Positions 30,667 through 41,055 are shown, counted from the first letter of the stretch. The stretch is 64,000 bases of DNA from Candidatus Bathyarchaeota archaeon (GCA_021161255.1 JAGHAZ010000056.1:862-64861); one strand, 5' to 3'. Notes: generated by a model not told the origin, from the letters alone. Numbers and translations are program-made.

Positions 30667-32043
30667 CTACGGTAAGACTTTACCTGGATTTAGTATACCG
30701 TTGGGGTCGAATAGCCGTTTGATCTCCCTCATGAGTGCTATATGGATTTGGCTCATGTACTTCGCGGCGCTACCTATCCTAACGGCTCCTATACCGTGCT
30801 CACCTGTTATCGTCCCACCCAACCTGACGGCCACATCGTATATCTCCTGTCTGACCCTATCATAGTCCTCCATGCTCCACCCCTCCTCCTTCATTATGTG
30901 GACGTGTATGTTTCCGTCACCAGCGTGGCCGTAGGCCGGTAGATAGGTTCCGTAACGCTCGGCTATACGCTCCACCTCATCCATGAAAGCCCCTATGGAG
31001 GCCGGTGGAACCGTTGCGTCTAGGATATCCACCATATCCGGCTTAAGCGCCGTATAGATCTCGCTACGGATTTTAAGGATCCTATCCTGCTCCTCCCTGC
31101 TTTCGGCCAGCAACGGTTCGAGAGAGCCTAAATCCTCGCAAAGGGACAGAATCCTCTCGCACTGGGCGTAGAGGGAATCCTCAGACGGTTCGGCTAGAAC
31201 GAGTATAAGAAAGCTTTCTCCGACTTTACACGGCCACTCCAGGCCCAAGTGTTGCGCAGACCTCTCTATAGGAGCCTTCTCGACATATTCGAGAGCCAGC
31301 GGTAGTATGCCTGCCTGGAGGATCCTCGGAACCGCTTTCACGGCGGTACTTCGCTTTTCGAACGGTATTATCAAGGTCGCCATAGCCGGAAGCCTCGGAT
31401 AAAGCCTTATCCAAGCCTTCGTTATGACGGCTAACGTCCCCTCACTCCCGATAATAAGCTGCATCAGGTCGTAGCCTAGGTTATCCTTCATAAGCTTCCC
31501 TCCGAGCCTCAAGACCTCACCCGTCGCCAAGACAGCCTCCAACCCCCTTACGTAGTTCCTGATAACCCCCGTCTTAACAGCCCTAGCTCCACCCGCGTTA
31601 CATGCTATGAGACCACCTATCTGAGCCCCCTCATCTCCTGGATGGGGTGGAAAGAAGAGTCCAGCCTCTTCCGAAGCCTTTATCAGGTCTCCTAGAGTTG
31701 CGCCAGCCTCAGCCTCAGCCATAAGGTTCTCCCGGTCGACCGTTATCTTGTTCATCCTCTCCAGGGATAAGACTATACCGTTACGGGTGGGTATGCATCC
31801 TCCCACGAGACCGGTTCCTCCCCCTCTGGGAAACACGGGTATCCTATGTTCATTCGCATACCTTAAGACCTCTGAGACCTCCTCCACCGAACCTGGTTTG
31901 ACGACGACCACGTCTTTGGATGGAACTGGCCTTATAGGCGGAGGCGTCTCATCTAAGAGATACCCGGCCACTAGGTCTCTACCGTAGATAACCCAGTCAT
32001 ACCCGACGATCTCCCTAAGCTTACCAACAGTTTCTTCATTCAT
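30667..32043 (-). CDS. FAD-linked 2-hydroxyacid dehydrogenase (GlcD/LctD-like, putative D-lactate dehydrogenase)
   Basis: PRGGGTGLVGG, GSEGTL, GHAGDGNIH, GEHGIG, FDPNGILNPGK. Confidence 0.9.
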   Translation of the reverse strand: MNEETVGKLREIVGYDWVIYGRDLVAGYLLDETPPPIRPVPSKDVVVVKPGSVEEVSEVLRYANEHRIPVFPRGGGTGLVGGCIPTRNGIVLSLERMNKITVDRENLMAEAEAGATLGDLIKASEEAGLFFPPHPGDEGAQIGGLIACNAGGARAVKTGVIRNYVRGLEAVLATGEVLRLGGKLMKDNLGYDLMQLIIGSEGTLAVITKAWIRLYPRLPAMATLIIPFEKRSTAVKAVPRILQAGILPLALEYVEKAPIERSAQHLGLEWPCKVGESFLILVLAEPSEDSLYAQCERILSLCEDLGSLEPLLAESREEQDRILKIRSEIYTALKPDMVDILDATVPPASIGAFMDEVERIAERYGTYLPAYGHAGDGNIHVHIMKEEGWSMEDYDRVRQEIYDVAVRLGGTITGEHGIGAVRIGSAAKYMSQIHIALMREIKRLFDPNGILNPGKVLP

Positions 32044-33040
32044 CCGCTAATCCTCCTTTAATCCTCTTCAATGCCTCGATAAGTTTTGGCACGACCTCGT
32101 ATAAATCCCCTACTACTCCATAGTCCGCGACCCTGAATATGGGGGCCGAGGGGTCTATGTTTATAGCTACTATCACGTCAGACCCCCTCATACCCGCTAA
32201 GTGCTGAGGTGAGCCTGAGATACCGCAGGCCACGTAGAGCCTAGGCTTCACCGTGTTACCGCTGAAACCCACTTGGTAATCCTTAGATATCCATCCCTCA
32301 TCCACCAGAGGTCTACTCACCCCTAGGACACCGCCTAACAATGATGCAAGCTCCTCGAGCATCTTCAAGTCTTCCTTACGCTTTAATCCCCTACCCCCGG
32401 CGACGATCACGTCTGCGTCTGCGAGGTTCACCCTTCTAGCGGAGACCTTACCTAGAAACCTCAACCCGGTCTCCGGGACTTTGCTAAGCTTTTTCTCCAC
32501 GATCACACCCTTTCTCGAAGTGTCTCTCTGGAGCGCTTTCATGACCCTATATCTGACGGTGGCCATGACGGGCCTGCTTCTCGTCTTGATATGTGCTAGT
32601 ATGTTGCCTGTGAAGGCCGGTCTTATCTGGACGAGTTCCCCATCCTTGTCGACCTGAAGGTCTATACAGTCCGCCGTAAGCCCCGTATTCAAAGCCGCGG
32701 CCACTCTGGGGGCTAGGCTTCTACCGAGTGGAGTAGCACCGACTAGGAAAACCGACGGTTCGATCTCCTCGGCCAACTCCACGAGCACATGCTTATATCT
32801 GACGACGTCGAACACCTCAAGCGACGGATGGTCGTATAGGAATACCCTATCGGCTCCGTAGTATATGAGCTCCTTAGCCTGCTCCTTGACGCGATGTCCT
32901 AGAAGTACGCTCCAAAGCTCCACCCCTAGTCCATCGGCTATCTCCCTGCCCTTCCCTAAAAGCTCGAACGAAACCGGGTGTATGACTCTGTTCTCATGCT
33001 CGGCGTATACAAGCACTCCTCCCTTAGCCGGCTGGCTCAA
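32036..33040 (-). CDS. etfA: Electron transfer flavoprotein alpha subunit
   Basis: GLTADC, RPAF, AGGRG, QVGFSG, GISGSPQH. Confidence 0.93.
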   Translation of the reverse strand: MSQPAKGGVLVYAEHENRVIHPVSFELLGKGREIADGLGVELWSVLLGHRVKEQAKELIYYGADRVFLYDHPSLEVFDVVRYKHVLVELAEEIEPSVFLVGATPLGRSLAPRVAAALNTGLTADCIDLQVDKDGELVQIRPAFTGNILAHIKTRSRPVMATVRYRVMKALQRDTSRKGVIVEKKLSKVPETGLRFLGKVSARRVNLADADVIVAGGRGLKRKEDLKMLEELASLLGGVLGVSRPLVDEGWISKDYQVGFSGNTVKPRLYVACGISGSPQHLAGMRGSDVIVAINIDPSAPIFRVADYGVVGDLYEVVPKLIEALKRIKGGLADE

Positions 33041-33825
33041 CGTACGAACCCCTCCCTACGTAAAGCATCTATAAGCCTCTCGACGGCGTCTTCACCCCTG
33101 AATATGAGACCCTTCCTCTCCTCCTCCGAGGGTATAGTTATCCTAGTGACCAGCGTCATCGAGCCTTGAAGCCCAAACCTACAAGCCTCACCGTACTCTG
33201 CCAAACTATCGGCATTCCAAACCTCCACCTTAGCTCTCCTAGCTTTGAGCACGTCCCGGAGGGTCGGTAGACGAGGGGTATTTATATCCTTAGTTACCGT
33301 TATCAGCGCCGGGAGCCTAGCCTCGAAGAGATATTTATCACCCATATCCGAGACCACGAGAATCTTATCGTCTGAGACCTCCCTGACCTCGCATACATAG
33401 GCCACGTGGGGGATCCCAAGGTGCTCGGCTACCTCTGGGCCCACCTGACCTGTATCTCCGTCGACGGTTTTCTCACCGCACACTATGAGGTCGAACGAGC
33501 CGAGCTTCCTTATGGCGGTCGCCAGGGTGTAGGAGGTGGCTAAGGTGTCGGCTCCGGCGAACCGTTTATCGGTTAAGAGTATAGTCCTATCGGCTCCTCT
33601 AGCTAGGGCATCTCTCAGGCTCGACTCTGCTTGAGGCGGTCCCATGCTTATGACGGTTACTCGACCGCCTAACTTCTCTTTAAGCCGGACGGCCGTTTCC
33701 AACGCGTTCAGGTCAAACGGGTTTGTCTCGGCAGGTGCTGAGCTCCGGTCGACTCTACCCGTCTCTACGTCGAATCTAACCTTCTGGATATCTGGAACCT
33801 GTTTGATGAGCACGACTATGTGCAG
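33037..33825 (-). CDS. etfB: Electron transfer flavoprotein beta subunit (probable CTG start at 33825)
   Basis: HIVVLIKQVPD, NPFDLNALE, SMGP, FAGADTLATS, DGDTGQVGP. Confidence 0.93.
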   Translation of the reverse strand: MHIVVLIKQVPDIQKVRFDVETGRVDRSSAPAETNPFDLNALETAVRLKEKLGGRVTVISMGPPQAESSLRDALARGADRTILLTDKRFAGADTLATSYTLATAIRKLGSFDLIVCGEKTVDGDTGQVGPEVAEHLGIPHVAYVCEVREVSDDKILVVSDMGDKYLFEARLPALITVTKDINTPRLPTLRDVLKARRAKVEVWNADSLAEYGEACRFGLQGSMTLVTRITIPSEEERKGLIFRGEDAVERLIDALRREGFVR

Positions 33826-33947
33826 ACCTTAACCCTCCCAGTAGCATAAGGGTTAAACGTTAGAGAGTTCAAAAATCTATCTCTCTTATTGGGAAGCCTA
33901 ATCTTTTATGTGTAAGCGGTGGTTAAGTATAGGCTAGGTAGGTTTGA

Positions 33948-35279
33948 TTGCCAGGTTTATGGGTTCCAAGCTTAGACGAATTCAGGAGCTTACTTAAACT
34001 CGAACTTACCCAGATGTATGAGGAAGGCTTCGACGTAGGAGAGTTCTTGGAAAACCCGGGAGTCATCGACGAGATGAGGTTGAACGAGCTAAACGAGCTT
34101 TACCAGAAGCTTAAACATGCTCCGGTTAAGAGAGGCTATCCCTACACCGAACCTTCAGACCTAGACGGCATAAGAGATCTGAGACCCAGAGGACCTAGGG
34201 GGCTCGAGCTAGGCTATCCCAGGGAGAGGCTTGAAGACCGTATAGTCGGGGCTTGGTTCGGCAGGTGCATCGGCTGTCTTATAGGTAAACCCGTCGAAGG
34301 CTTCGACAGAGACCTGATAGAGAGGTATCTTAAATCGGCTGGCGAGTATCCTCCGAGAGGATATCTACCGGCTTTAGATAAGGCGGTCGAAGGGTTGCCA
34401 AGTGATTTCTCAGAAAGCAGGAGAGGAATGCTGAGGGGGAGTATAGAGTGTATGCCTAGAGACGACGATATAGACTACGCGATCCTTAACCTGCACGTGC
34501 TAGAGACCCACGGCTTCGATTTCACGACGGAGGACGTCGGGGTTGAATGGCTCAGCCATCTACCGTATAAAGCCACCTACACAGCCGAGAGAGCGGCGTA
34601 TAGAAACCTTGTCCTAGGTCTAAAGCCTCCTGAAACAGCCGTCTACATGAACCCATACCGGGAGTGGATAGGCGCCCAGATCAGGGCTGACCTTTGGGGT
34701 TACGTCGCACCTGGTCTTATCGAGTATGCGGCCGATATGGCTTATAGAGACGCAACGCTAAGTCATGTGAAAAACGGTGTATACGGAGAAATGTTTATAG
34801 CGGCTACTGTTTCAGCAGCCTTCGCGGTGAACGGTGTCGAAGAGGCCTTAAGGATAGGATTGACGGAGATTCCGAGGTCTTCGAGATTCGCCGAGGTTGT
34901 GGAAAACGTTATGAAATGGTCCAAAGTCGACGGATGTTGGGTTGACACATGGAAGCGGGTTATGAACACTTATGGTAGATACCATAGGGTTCACGTGCTA
35001 AACAACGCTGCTATAGTCGTCTTATCGCTGATGCATGGTGAGGAAGACTTCGTGAAATCGGTCGGCATATCTGTCATGTGCGGCTTAGACACCGACTGCA
35101 ATTGTGCAACGGTCGGCTCGATACTAGGGGCTTTAAAGGGGTTGAAGAGCATACCCGATAGGCTTGTTAAGCCTCTGAACGATAGGGTTAGAAGCATGGT
35201 CGCTGGCTTCGACGGTTCAAGCATAACCGAGCTAGCCCGCAGGACCCTAAAATTGGCCATTAAAAAGTTGAGTACATAA
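33948..35279 (+). CDS. ADP-ribosylglycohydrolase family protein
   Basis: GKPVEG, DDDIDY, TAERAAY, NPYREWIGAQIRAD, GLDTDCN. Confidence 0.88.
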   Translation: MPGLWVPSLDEFRSLLKLELTQMYEEGFDVGEFLENPGVIDEMRLNELNELYQKLKHAPVKRGYPYTEPSDLDGIRDLRPRGPRGLELGYPRERLEDRIVGAWFGRCIGCLIGKPVEGFDRDLIERYLKSAGEYPPRGYLPALDKAVEGLPSDFSESRRGMLRGSIECMPRDDDIDYAILNLHVLETHGFDFTTEDVGVEWLSHLPYKATYTAERAAYRNLVLGLKPPETAVYMNPYREWIGAQIRADLWGYVAPGLIEYAADMAYRDATLSHVKNGVYGEMFIAATVSAAFAVNGVEEALRIGLTEIPRSSRFAEVVENVMKWSKVDGCWVDTWKRVMNTYGRYHRVHVLNNAAIVVLSLMHGEEDFVKSVGISVMCGLDTDCNCATVGSILGALKGLKSIPDRLVKPLNDRVRSMVAGFDGSSITELARRTLKLAIKKLST

Positions 35280-35295
35280 AAGATTCCTTGAAAGT

Positions 35296-35559
35296 CTAAA
35301 CGAGCTCTAGGGTCTTCTGGATGGCTGAAAACCACCTGAGATAGGAGTTTAAAGCCGCCCTGAAAGCGGTTAAATCTTTGGCTTTAAACGTCAGAACTAG
35401 CTTATCCTCAACCCTATCTATAGTCACCGCTACCCTCTTAGACGGTAGGCTCAGCGTTTCAGGCCTCAAAGCCTTAAGAATAGGCTCCAATAGACCAGGT
35501 TTAACCTCTAGCTTGACCGAGCATTCGACCCTAAGAGACCGCTTACTGGGCTCTATCAA
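35296..35559 (-). CDS. pcc1: KEOPS complex subunit Pcc1
   Basis: ALRPE..., AKDLTAFRAALNSYLRW; superoperon position. Confidence 0.88.
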   Translation of the reverse strand: MIEPSKRSLRVECSVKLEVKPGLLEPILKALRPETLSLPSKRVAVTIDRVEDKLVLTFKAKDLTAFRAALNSYLRWFSAIQKTLELV

Positions 35560-35813
35560 CCTCTGATCCTCGCAGCCACCCTACCCATCTCGGTGGTAGG
35601 CTGGTAGGCTCCTCCGGCGAACTTATAGCCGCACTTGAAGCACTTCCACACCCCTACACTCACTCGCTTAACCCTACGCATGCCGCACTTAGGGCAGACG
35701 TAGACGCTTTTAGCAGCCCGCATAACCCGAGCATACCGTTTCCTAAGAGGAGCCCCGTATTTCGCCTTAAGACTGCCTACCCCCGCGTTCTTAGGACCCG
35801 GCATCCAGGCCAC
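35556..35813 (-). CDS. rpl37ae: 50S ribosomal protein L37Ae
   Basis: KYGAPLRKR, CPKC...GVWKCFKCG..FAGGAY. Confidence 0.94.
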   Translation of the reverse strand: MAWMPGPKNAGVGSLKAKYGAPLRKRYARVMRAAKSVYVCPKCGMRRVKRVSVGVWKCFKCGYKFAGGAYQPTTEMGRVAARIRG

Positions 35814-36621
35814 TCTCCCTCCTGACGATTTCTATGAGCTTGGGAGCGGTTTTACACGCTATGGAAACCACCTCGAATACCTCGTCGACGGATAAGCTTC
35901 CGTCGAGCTTCTGAATAGCGCATACCCTCCCCAGCTCGTCGACGGATATACACACTCTATTATCTAAACTTAACTCCTCTTCGAGGTTGGGGTCGACTAT
36001 GAACGGCCCGTCGTCCGGCTTAGCGAGGGTTACGGTCACAGGTGTATGCAACACGGGTAGCGGTATATACTCTTCTTCGTATCTAAGCTCCCCCTCGTCT
36101 ACGCTGAACTTCCTGATCCTAGTATTCAGTAGGGCAAGTATCGAAGCCAACGCGGATGCGTCTATGAAGTTTCCATCGTGGTCTAAGACGTATATGTCTA
36201 GGAAGACCACGAAGACCCTCCTACCCGGCTCTATACATAGGCTCTTCAAATCTATAGTCTTGGTCTCCCTCAAGGTTCGGTCGATAACCCTAGCAAGCTC
36301 TATAGCCGTCTCGTCAGGTGGTCCTGGTTCAAAAGCAGGTGACGCAAGGGGGACAAGCTCCGCGTTAACCGTTAGGACACCTTGGTCTGGAACGTCTGAA
36401 AACGGCTCACCTATCCCGACCTTAACTCCGGCTAGGACTTTCGTGGAGCCTATCGAGACCTGAGCCGAGCCGTTAGCCCTACTTATTAAGCCGCATTTAA
36501 CGTCTATCGGCCTGTAGTCTAATAGTCCTCTGTCGTCTATCCTAGAGCCCTCTCTAAGCATGCTTATTATCCTATTCCTCACAAGTTGGGATACCACTCT
36601 AAACGTCTTCATCCTCCTCAC
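35791..36621 (-). CDS. rrp42: Exosome subunit Rrp42
   Basis: [25 protein letters not shown]. Confidence 0.94.
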   Translation of the reverse strand: MRRMKTFRVVSQLVRNRIISMLREGSRIDDRGLLDYRPIDVKCGLISRANGSAQVSIGSTKVLAGVKVGIGEPFSDVPDQGVLTVNAELVPLASPAFEPGPPDETAIELARVIDRTLRETKTIDLKSLCIEPGRRVFVVFLDIYVLDHDGNFIDASALASILALLNTRIRKFSVDEGELRYEEEYIPLPVLHTPVTVTLAKPDDGPFIVDPNLEEELSLDNRVCISVDELGRVCAIQKLDGSLSVDEVFEVVSIACKTAPKLIEIVRRESGLDAGS

Positions 36622-37318
36622 CTTTAATGGAGAGATACCTCTTCCTAAGCGTCTCCCTCTGAATCCTATTTATCTCCATACACCCCTTTACCGCCAGGTC
36701 GAAGGCCTGCTTAAACTCCTCCTCTGTAAGCACTCCGTTAAGCTGTAGAAGTACGACCTTGTTAAAACTAGGCATTATTGCGACAGGCATATCGGCCTCC
36801 GCCGCCTCATCCTCCTCATCGTTAAGGTCCAATATTATATGACCGTTATACTTACCCACCGCCACGGCCGATATAAGGTCCCTAATCGGGATACCGGCGT
36901 TAGCCAAGGCGAGGGAACACGCATTTATACTCGCGCACCTCGTCCCGCCGTCTGCTTCAAGAACTTCGATGAAAACGTCTATGGAGGTTCTCGGAAATCT
37001 CTCGAGAAATATCGTCTGGGATAATGCATCTTTTATGACCTTAGATAACTCGATTTCTCTACGCGACGGGTTTGGGCTCTTTCGTTCTCTAGTCGAGAAC
37101 GGAGCCATATGATACCTACACCTGACCACGGCGGCCTCCGGAGAAGCTTTATGTCTGGGGTGAAGCTCCCTAGGGCCGTAGACGGCTACTATGACCTTTG
37201 TATTTCCCTGCTCTACGTATGCAGAGCCGTCTGCCCTATCTAAAACGTCCACGGCCATCTTTATCGGCCTAAGCTGGTCCGGAAGCCTACCGTCTGGTCT
37301 CACAAACTCGCTAGACAT
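36599..37318 (-). CDS. rrp41: Exosome exonuclease Rrp41
   Basis: [32 protein letters not shown]. Confidence 0.95.
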   Translation of the reverse strand: MSSEFVRPDGRLPDQLRPIKMAVDVLDRADGSAYVEQGNTKVIVAVYGPRELHPRHKASPEAAVVRCRYHMAPFSTRERKSPNPSRREIELSKVIKDALSQTIFLERFPRTSIDVFIEVLEADGGTRCASINACSLALANAGIPIRDLISAVAVGKYNGHIILDLNDEEDEAAEADMPVAIMPSFNKVVLLQLNGVLTEEEFKQAFDLAVKGCMEINRIQRETLRKRYLSIKGEEDEDV

Positions 37319-37994
37319 CTAAACCCCGACTCCTCCTTAAAAACTTCATAATTCTATCTGTTAAACCTGTTGTATGAGCCTCCCGCTCGATCTTCTCTAT
37401 AGCCTGGGCGACGAGCTCCTCGTCTTTAACGGTCTCGCCGACTATGTGGATCAAACCGTTTTTACCTATGGTTATCTGGCACCTCCCCTCCTTCTTAAGG
37501 AGGTTTATCATAGAGCCCTTCCTACCTATGAGCCTCGGTATCTTCGAAGGCGTCAATTCAACGACCATTCCCTTGGTTATCTTACCGAGGCCATGTCCCT
37601 GAACCGTTAGAACAGGGTTCCTAGTTCTGTCGAACTCGACTATCTGGGCTATTATCATGTCGCCTGGAGCTAAGGCGTCTCTGAGGGAGTTCCTAAGCGG
37701 GTTAAACCTACCCTTAAAGTAGTCTGAAGCGTTTAGGATAGCCGTATAAGGCGACCGTATATCTATCGTCCAGCTGAAGGTCCCCACGTCTATTACCTTA
37801 CCGATGACGAGGTCTCCTATTTTAGGCTCATAGACCCCGTGTAAGGCGATCACAGATACGACCTTCTTATCTATGGACAAGAGCCCTATCTTGGACGAGT
37901 AAAACCTCTTACCCTGTCTGAAGACGTTCAAACCAGCCTGATAATCGCCCTCTACGAGAAACTCTCCCGGCAAAACGATCCTACGTTCATTCAT
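37311..37994 (-). CDS. rrp4: Exosome RNA-binding subunit Rrp4
   Basis: VLPGE, S1 and KH ([11 protein letters not shown]), EAHTTGLT. Confidence 0.94.
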   Translation of the reverse strand: MNERRIVLPGEFLVEGDYQAGLNVFRQGKRFYSSKIGLLSIDKKVVSVIALHGVYEPKIGDLVIGKVIDVGTFSWTIDIRSPYTAILNASDYFKGRFNPLRNSLRDALAPGDMIIAQIVEFDRTRNPVLTVQGHGLGKITKGMVVELTPSKIPRLIGRKGSMINLLKKEGRCQITIGKNGLIHIVGETVKDEELVAQAIEKIEREAHTTGLTDRIMKFLRRSRGLDV

Positions 37995-38006
37995 CTACCT
38001 ATCCTC

Positions 38007-38696
38007 CTACTTGAGTATCTTAGCTTGGGCGGAGCCCTTTGTAAACCTGCTGAGTTTATCTAGAAACTCCGCCTGAACCCCGGCGGGCATATCTATCAGA
38101 GCCGCCCAGGAGCCGTCGCTAAGCCACTCTTCCCTCTCAAGATAACCGTAGCTTCTGATGAAGCTATACATCTTAGGCGCGTATTGAGGCGGCACCTTAA
38201 TAGCCAGCTTAACCCTCTCGACCCGGAGCGGAAGTATAGGCCTTAAGGCTTCTATAACCTTAACCGCCTGGGCATCCGCGTCTTTAAACGGGTCTATCGA
38301 AACCCTGGCCTGTTGCATAGCCTGCTCGACCCTGATAGCCGGTATCGGAAGCCCGGTTCTAGGGTCTATACAGTTTTTAGTTATGAACGCTATTATTTGC
38401 TTCCTCTTCTCCTCGATAAGCCTCCTCCTCTGCTCGGCGGTTATCTGAAGCTCACCCTGTTTGAGAATCGTCTCCGCGATCTTCTTGATATCCGTCGTCC
38501 CGAAGCACTTTCTAAGCTTCTCCGACGAAGCCCTCAGCCCCTTCCGAGCATCGGTATAAACCTCGTAGTCCGCTAGAACGTTCTCGACATCCTTTAGTTT
38601 GCCAAGCCTATAGTTCAACGCCGGGTCAGGCTTGACCAGTATCTCGAACTTCTCACCGGATATATGTATCCTAGCTAGAACATAGCGTTCAGGCAT
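38007..38696 (-). CDS. Ribosome maturation factor SBDS/SDO1
   Basis: GEKFEILV, FGTTD, GELQITAEQRR, EEWLSDGS. Confidence 0.94.
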   Translation of the reverse strand: MPERYVLARIHISGEKFEILVKPDPALNYRLGKLKDVENVLADYEVYTDARKGLRASSEKLRKCFGTTDIKKIAETILKQGELQITAEQRRRLIEEKRKQIIAFITKNCIDPRTGLPIPAIRVEQAMQQARVSIDPFKDADAQAVKVIEALRPILPLRVERVKLAIKVPPQYAPKMYSFIRSYGYLEREEWLSDGSWAALIDMPAGVQAEFLDKLSRFTKGSAQAKILK

Positions 38697-38710
38697 AATT
38701 ATTCCCCATA

Positions 38711-39430
38711 CTACACGTTTTCAAGGTATTTAGCAACCTCCTCATCGGGTAAAACCCTGAAACGCTTAGTCTCCACAGGTATGACAGCTACTTTAAACCG
38801 TTTACCCCCATCTTTGCCACCGCTAGCCCTGACTATAGCCCTGAGGGCGGTCACTATGGCCTCCTCGACCGTCAGATCGGGATTATAGTTTTCCTCGAAA
38901 AACTCTATAGCCGCTTCGCTTCCCATACCTAGGGCCGCCGCCTTATAGCTCCAATAGTCTCCCCCGGGTAGTGTAGCGAAGAGTCTAGCCCCGTATCGGT
39001 CTACTCCTCCGAAGAGCATGGCTACGCCGAACGGTCTGACACCTGCGTGCTGAGTGTATAACTGTTTAATGTCGGCTATACGTTTAGCTAGGACCTCTAT
39101 GTCTATCGGCTCGTCGTACATGAGTCTATTACTCTGGGCGTATATCCTAGCCTGGTCTACTAGAACCCTAGCGTCCGGTCCGAAGCCGGCTATAGCTACA
39201 CCCACGTGGTCATCTATCTGGAATATCTTCCACGTGAAGTTATCGTCCAGAAGCCTAGAAGGAGGTCTCTCCTCTGCGGCTAGAATCGAGCAACTTTTAC
39301 AGGCTAGACCCACGATCGAAGCTCCTCTCTTAACAGCCTCTACGGCATACTCTACTTGGTAGAGCCTACCCTCGGGTGAGAATATCGTAATAACCCTATC
39401 ATATGCACCTGGTGCTGTAAACATATCCAC
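38711..39430 (-). CDS. psmA: Proteasome alpha subunit
   Basis: YDRVITIFSPEGRLYQVEYA, YTQHAGVRPFG. Confidence 0.96.
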   Translation of the reverse strand: MDMFTAPGAYDRVITIFSPEGRLYQVEYAVEAVKRGASIVGLACKSCSILAAEERPPSRLLDDNFTWKIFQIDDHVGVAIAGFGPDARVLVDQARIYAQSNRLMYDEPIDIEVLAKRIADIKQLYTQHAGVRPFGVAMLFGGVDRYGARLFATLPGGDYWSYKAAALGMGSEAAIEFFEENYNPDLTVEEAIVTALRAIVRASGGKDGGKRFKVAVIPVETKRFRVLPDEEVAKYLENV

Positions 39431-39562
39431 ACACTCCTTTACCTTATCTCATAAATTTTAGATAAACCAAGCCTTAAGCATTTCACATGTCTCGGCTGAA
39501 GCCCGTAGACTTCACCTTAAGGGGGAGGGGTATACTCTTAAAAAGTTTATGATTTCTACCCT

Positions 39563-39886
39563 TCAGTTTTTGAGAAATTTTCTTCTAAGCCTCTTCAAGG
39601 TTCCTGAAACACCTAAAACCTGTATGATAACTTTCTTTCCATCGACCTCTCTTAAGAGGCTTAAGGCCGCCCTTAGATACGGTAGAGAGCGGTGGTTCAC
39701 AGATATTATAGCCACCCCTTGGTCTTCGTTAAACTCTATAAGCCTCAAACCAGCTTTGCTGAGACCGTACTCTCCATAGAGGCGGAGGTAAATGTCGATT
39801 ACGCTGGACCATAGGCTCGTTTTAAAAACACGACCTCCCATAAGCTTCAGGGCGAGGTATCTCCGCTTAAACTCCCTCCTAGACAA
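39563..39886 (-). CDS. rnp2: RNase P protein Pop5/Rpp14
   Basis: KRRYL, LYGEYG, LGVSGTLKRL. Confidence 0.9.
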   Translation of the reverse strand: MSRREFKRRYLALKLMGGRVFKTSLWSSVIDIYLRLYGEYGLSKAGLRLIEFNEDQGVAIISVNHRSLPYLRAALSLLREVDGKKVIIQVLGVSGTLKRLRRKFLKN

Positions 39887-39892
39887 GGATAG

Positions 39893-40567
39893 CTACACCT
39901 CGAGTATTCTCACACCGTCTGGAAGACCCATCCTTCTAGACTCGCAGAGCTCCAATAGTTTAGCCGGGTTTTCAGAGACCCATCCATAGCATTCGTGAGG
40001 GTTAACGTCGACGAGAGCTAAGTGCTGAGGTAGCTCTAGAGGTGCGGTAAGTTCATGCGGCTCCGAAGCCCAGCTTGAGACGGTCACAGGTATGTCCAGC
40101 TTCCTAAGTAGTCTCACGTTACGTCTAATGTGTTTAAGGAGACGCGCCATCTCGATTCCTTCGACGTACATTAGCGGCTTAAGGTTAAGCTCGAAAAACT
40201 TTCCTGATAACGATAAAACCCTGACATCGGATAGGTTCATCGTGAACGGTCTACTCTGGAAGACTAGGTCTACCCGGGTTCTCAAGGCTCTTCTAAATTC
40301 TCGTCTAGAGCTGCAGGAGACGGCTATGACCGTAAACCTCCTCCTAAGCCTAGCTAGGAGACTGGGCTGGGCTTCTTCTGGTTTAAGGTCTATCCTCCAA
40401 ACTACTCGGAGACCGTCAGGGGATACGGCTTCTGGAGGAGATGCTCTGACGTCTTGAATAGTCAGAGCTACCGTGGAGAATCCCAGCTCTTTAGCTGTAT
40501 CCAACATGTGCTTAACCGTATCGTCGTTATAGACGAGATGAAGGTCGTAGAACGTTCTCTTGAAGAG
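39893..40567 (-). CDS. rnp3: RNase P protein Rpp30 (N-terminus extends upstream of the ATG at 40507; no canonical start)
   Basis: FYDLH N-terminal motif in frame upstream of the track ORF; FELNL, VSSWA, ENP; superoperon position. Confidence 0.8.
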   Translation of the reverse strand, partial: LFKRTFYDLHLVYNDDTVKHMLDTAKELGFSTVALTIQDVRASPPEAVSPDGLRVVWRIDLKPEEAQPSLLARLRRRFTVIAVSCSSRREFRRALRTRVDLVFQSRPFTMNLSDVRVLSLSGKFFELNLKPLMYVEGIEMARLLKHIRRNVRLLRKLDIPVTVSSWASEPHELTAPLELPQHLALVDVNPHECYGWVSENPAKLLELCESRRMGLPDGVRILEV

Positions 40568-41002
40568 CTATCCCCCCTCAGGCTCTAAGAGGCTCGGAAG
40601 CTTTTTGAAGACATGGGGTTTAAGCTTTAGCCTGACGCAGATCGGGTCGCTATAGCCGGCTCTTAAACGTCCAAGATATGCCTCCTGCTTGTCGAACCTG
40701 AGATAAAGAATCTTATGCCGCCCTATATGCATGTCCAGGTTCCTCCTAAGGGACACTTTATCCTCCCAGCTCATCCGCTCTAGAAGGCTTAGGAGGAACT
40801 CCTCACTAGCGTTTTCGACGTTAACCCTGTAGACTATTATCGGGTTCCCATAGTGTCCCTCAAGCTTCTCCCTGATGTATACGACGTTTCCCTTAAACCT
40901 CTCGGGCAGGATGTTCTCGATAGCGGCCTTAACCCTATCAGGGTCTTCGGTAGCATGAGCGTAAGCCTCTATCTCCACAAGGTCCCTGGGATTTCTAGGC
41001 AT
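40568..41002 (-). CDS. DUF54 exosome-associated RNA-binding protein
   Basis: HATEDPDRV, GHYGNPI, LYLRFDKQEAY. Confidence 0.9.
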   Translation of the reverse strand: MPRNPRDLVEIEAYAHATEDPDRVKAAIENILPERFKGNVVYIREKLEGHYGNPIIVYRVNVENASEEFLLSLLERMSWEDKVSLRRNLDMHIGRHKILYLRFDKQEAYLGRLRAGYSDPICVRLKLKPHVFKKLPSLLEPEGG

Positions 41003-41055
41003 GGGCTATCAAAAGCTAACCGGTCGACGAAGCCATATAGGTTTTTCCCTAACCC

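Noticed and set aside
35296-41002. Exosome/proteasome/RNase P superoperon as a novel system
   Set aside because: A well-known conserved archaeal cluster; absence of L15e, Imp4 and prefoldin here is ordinary rearrangement
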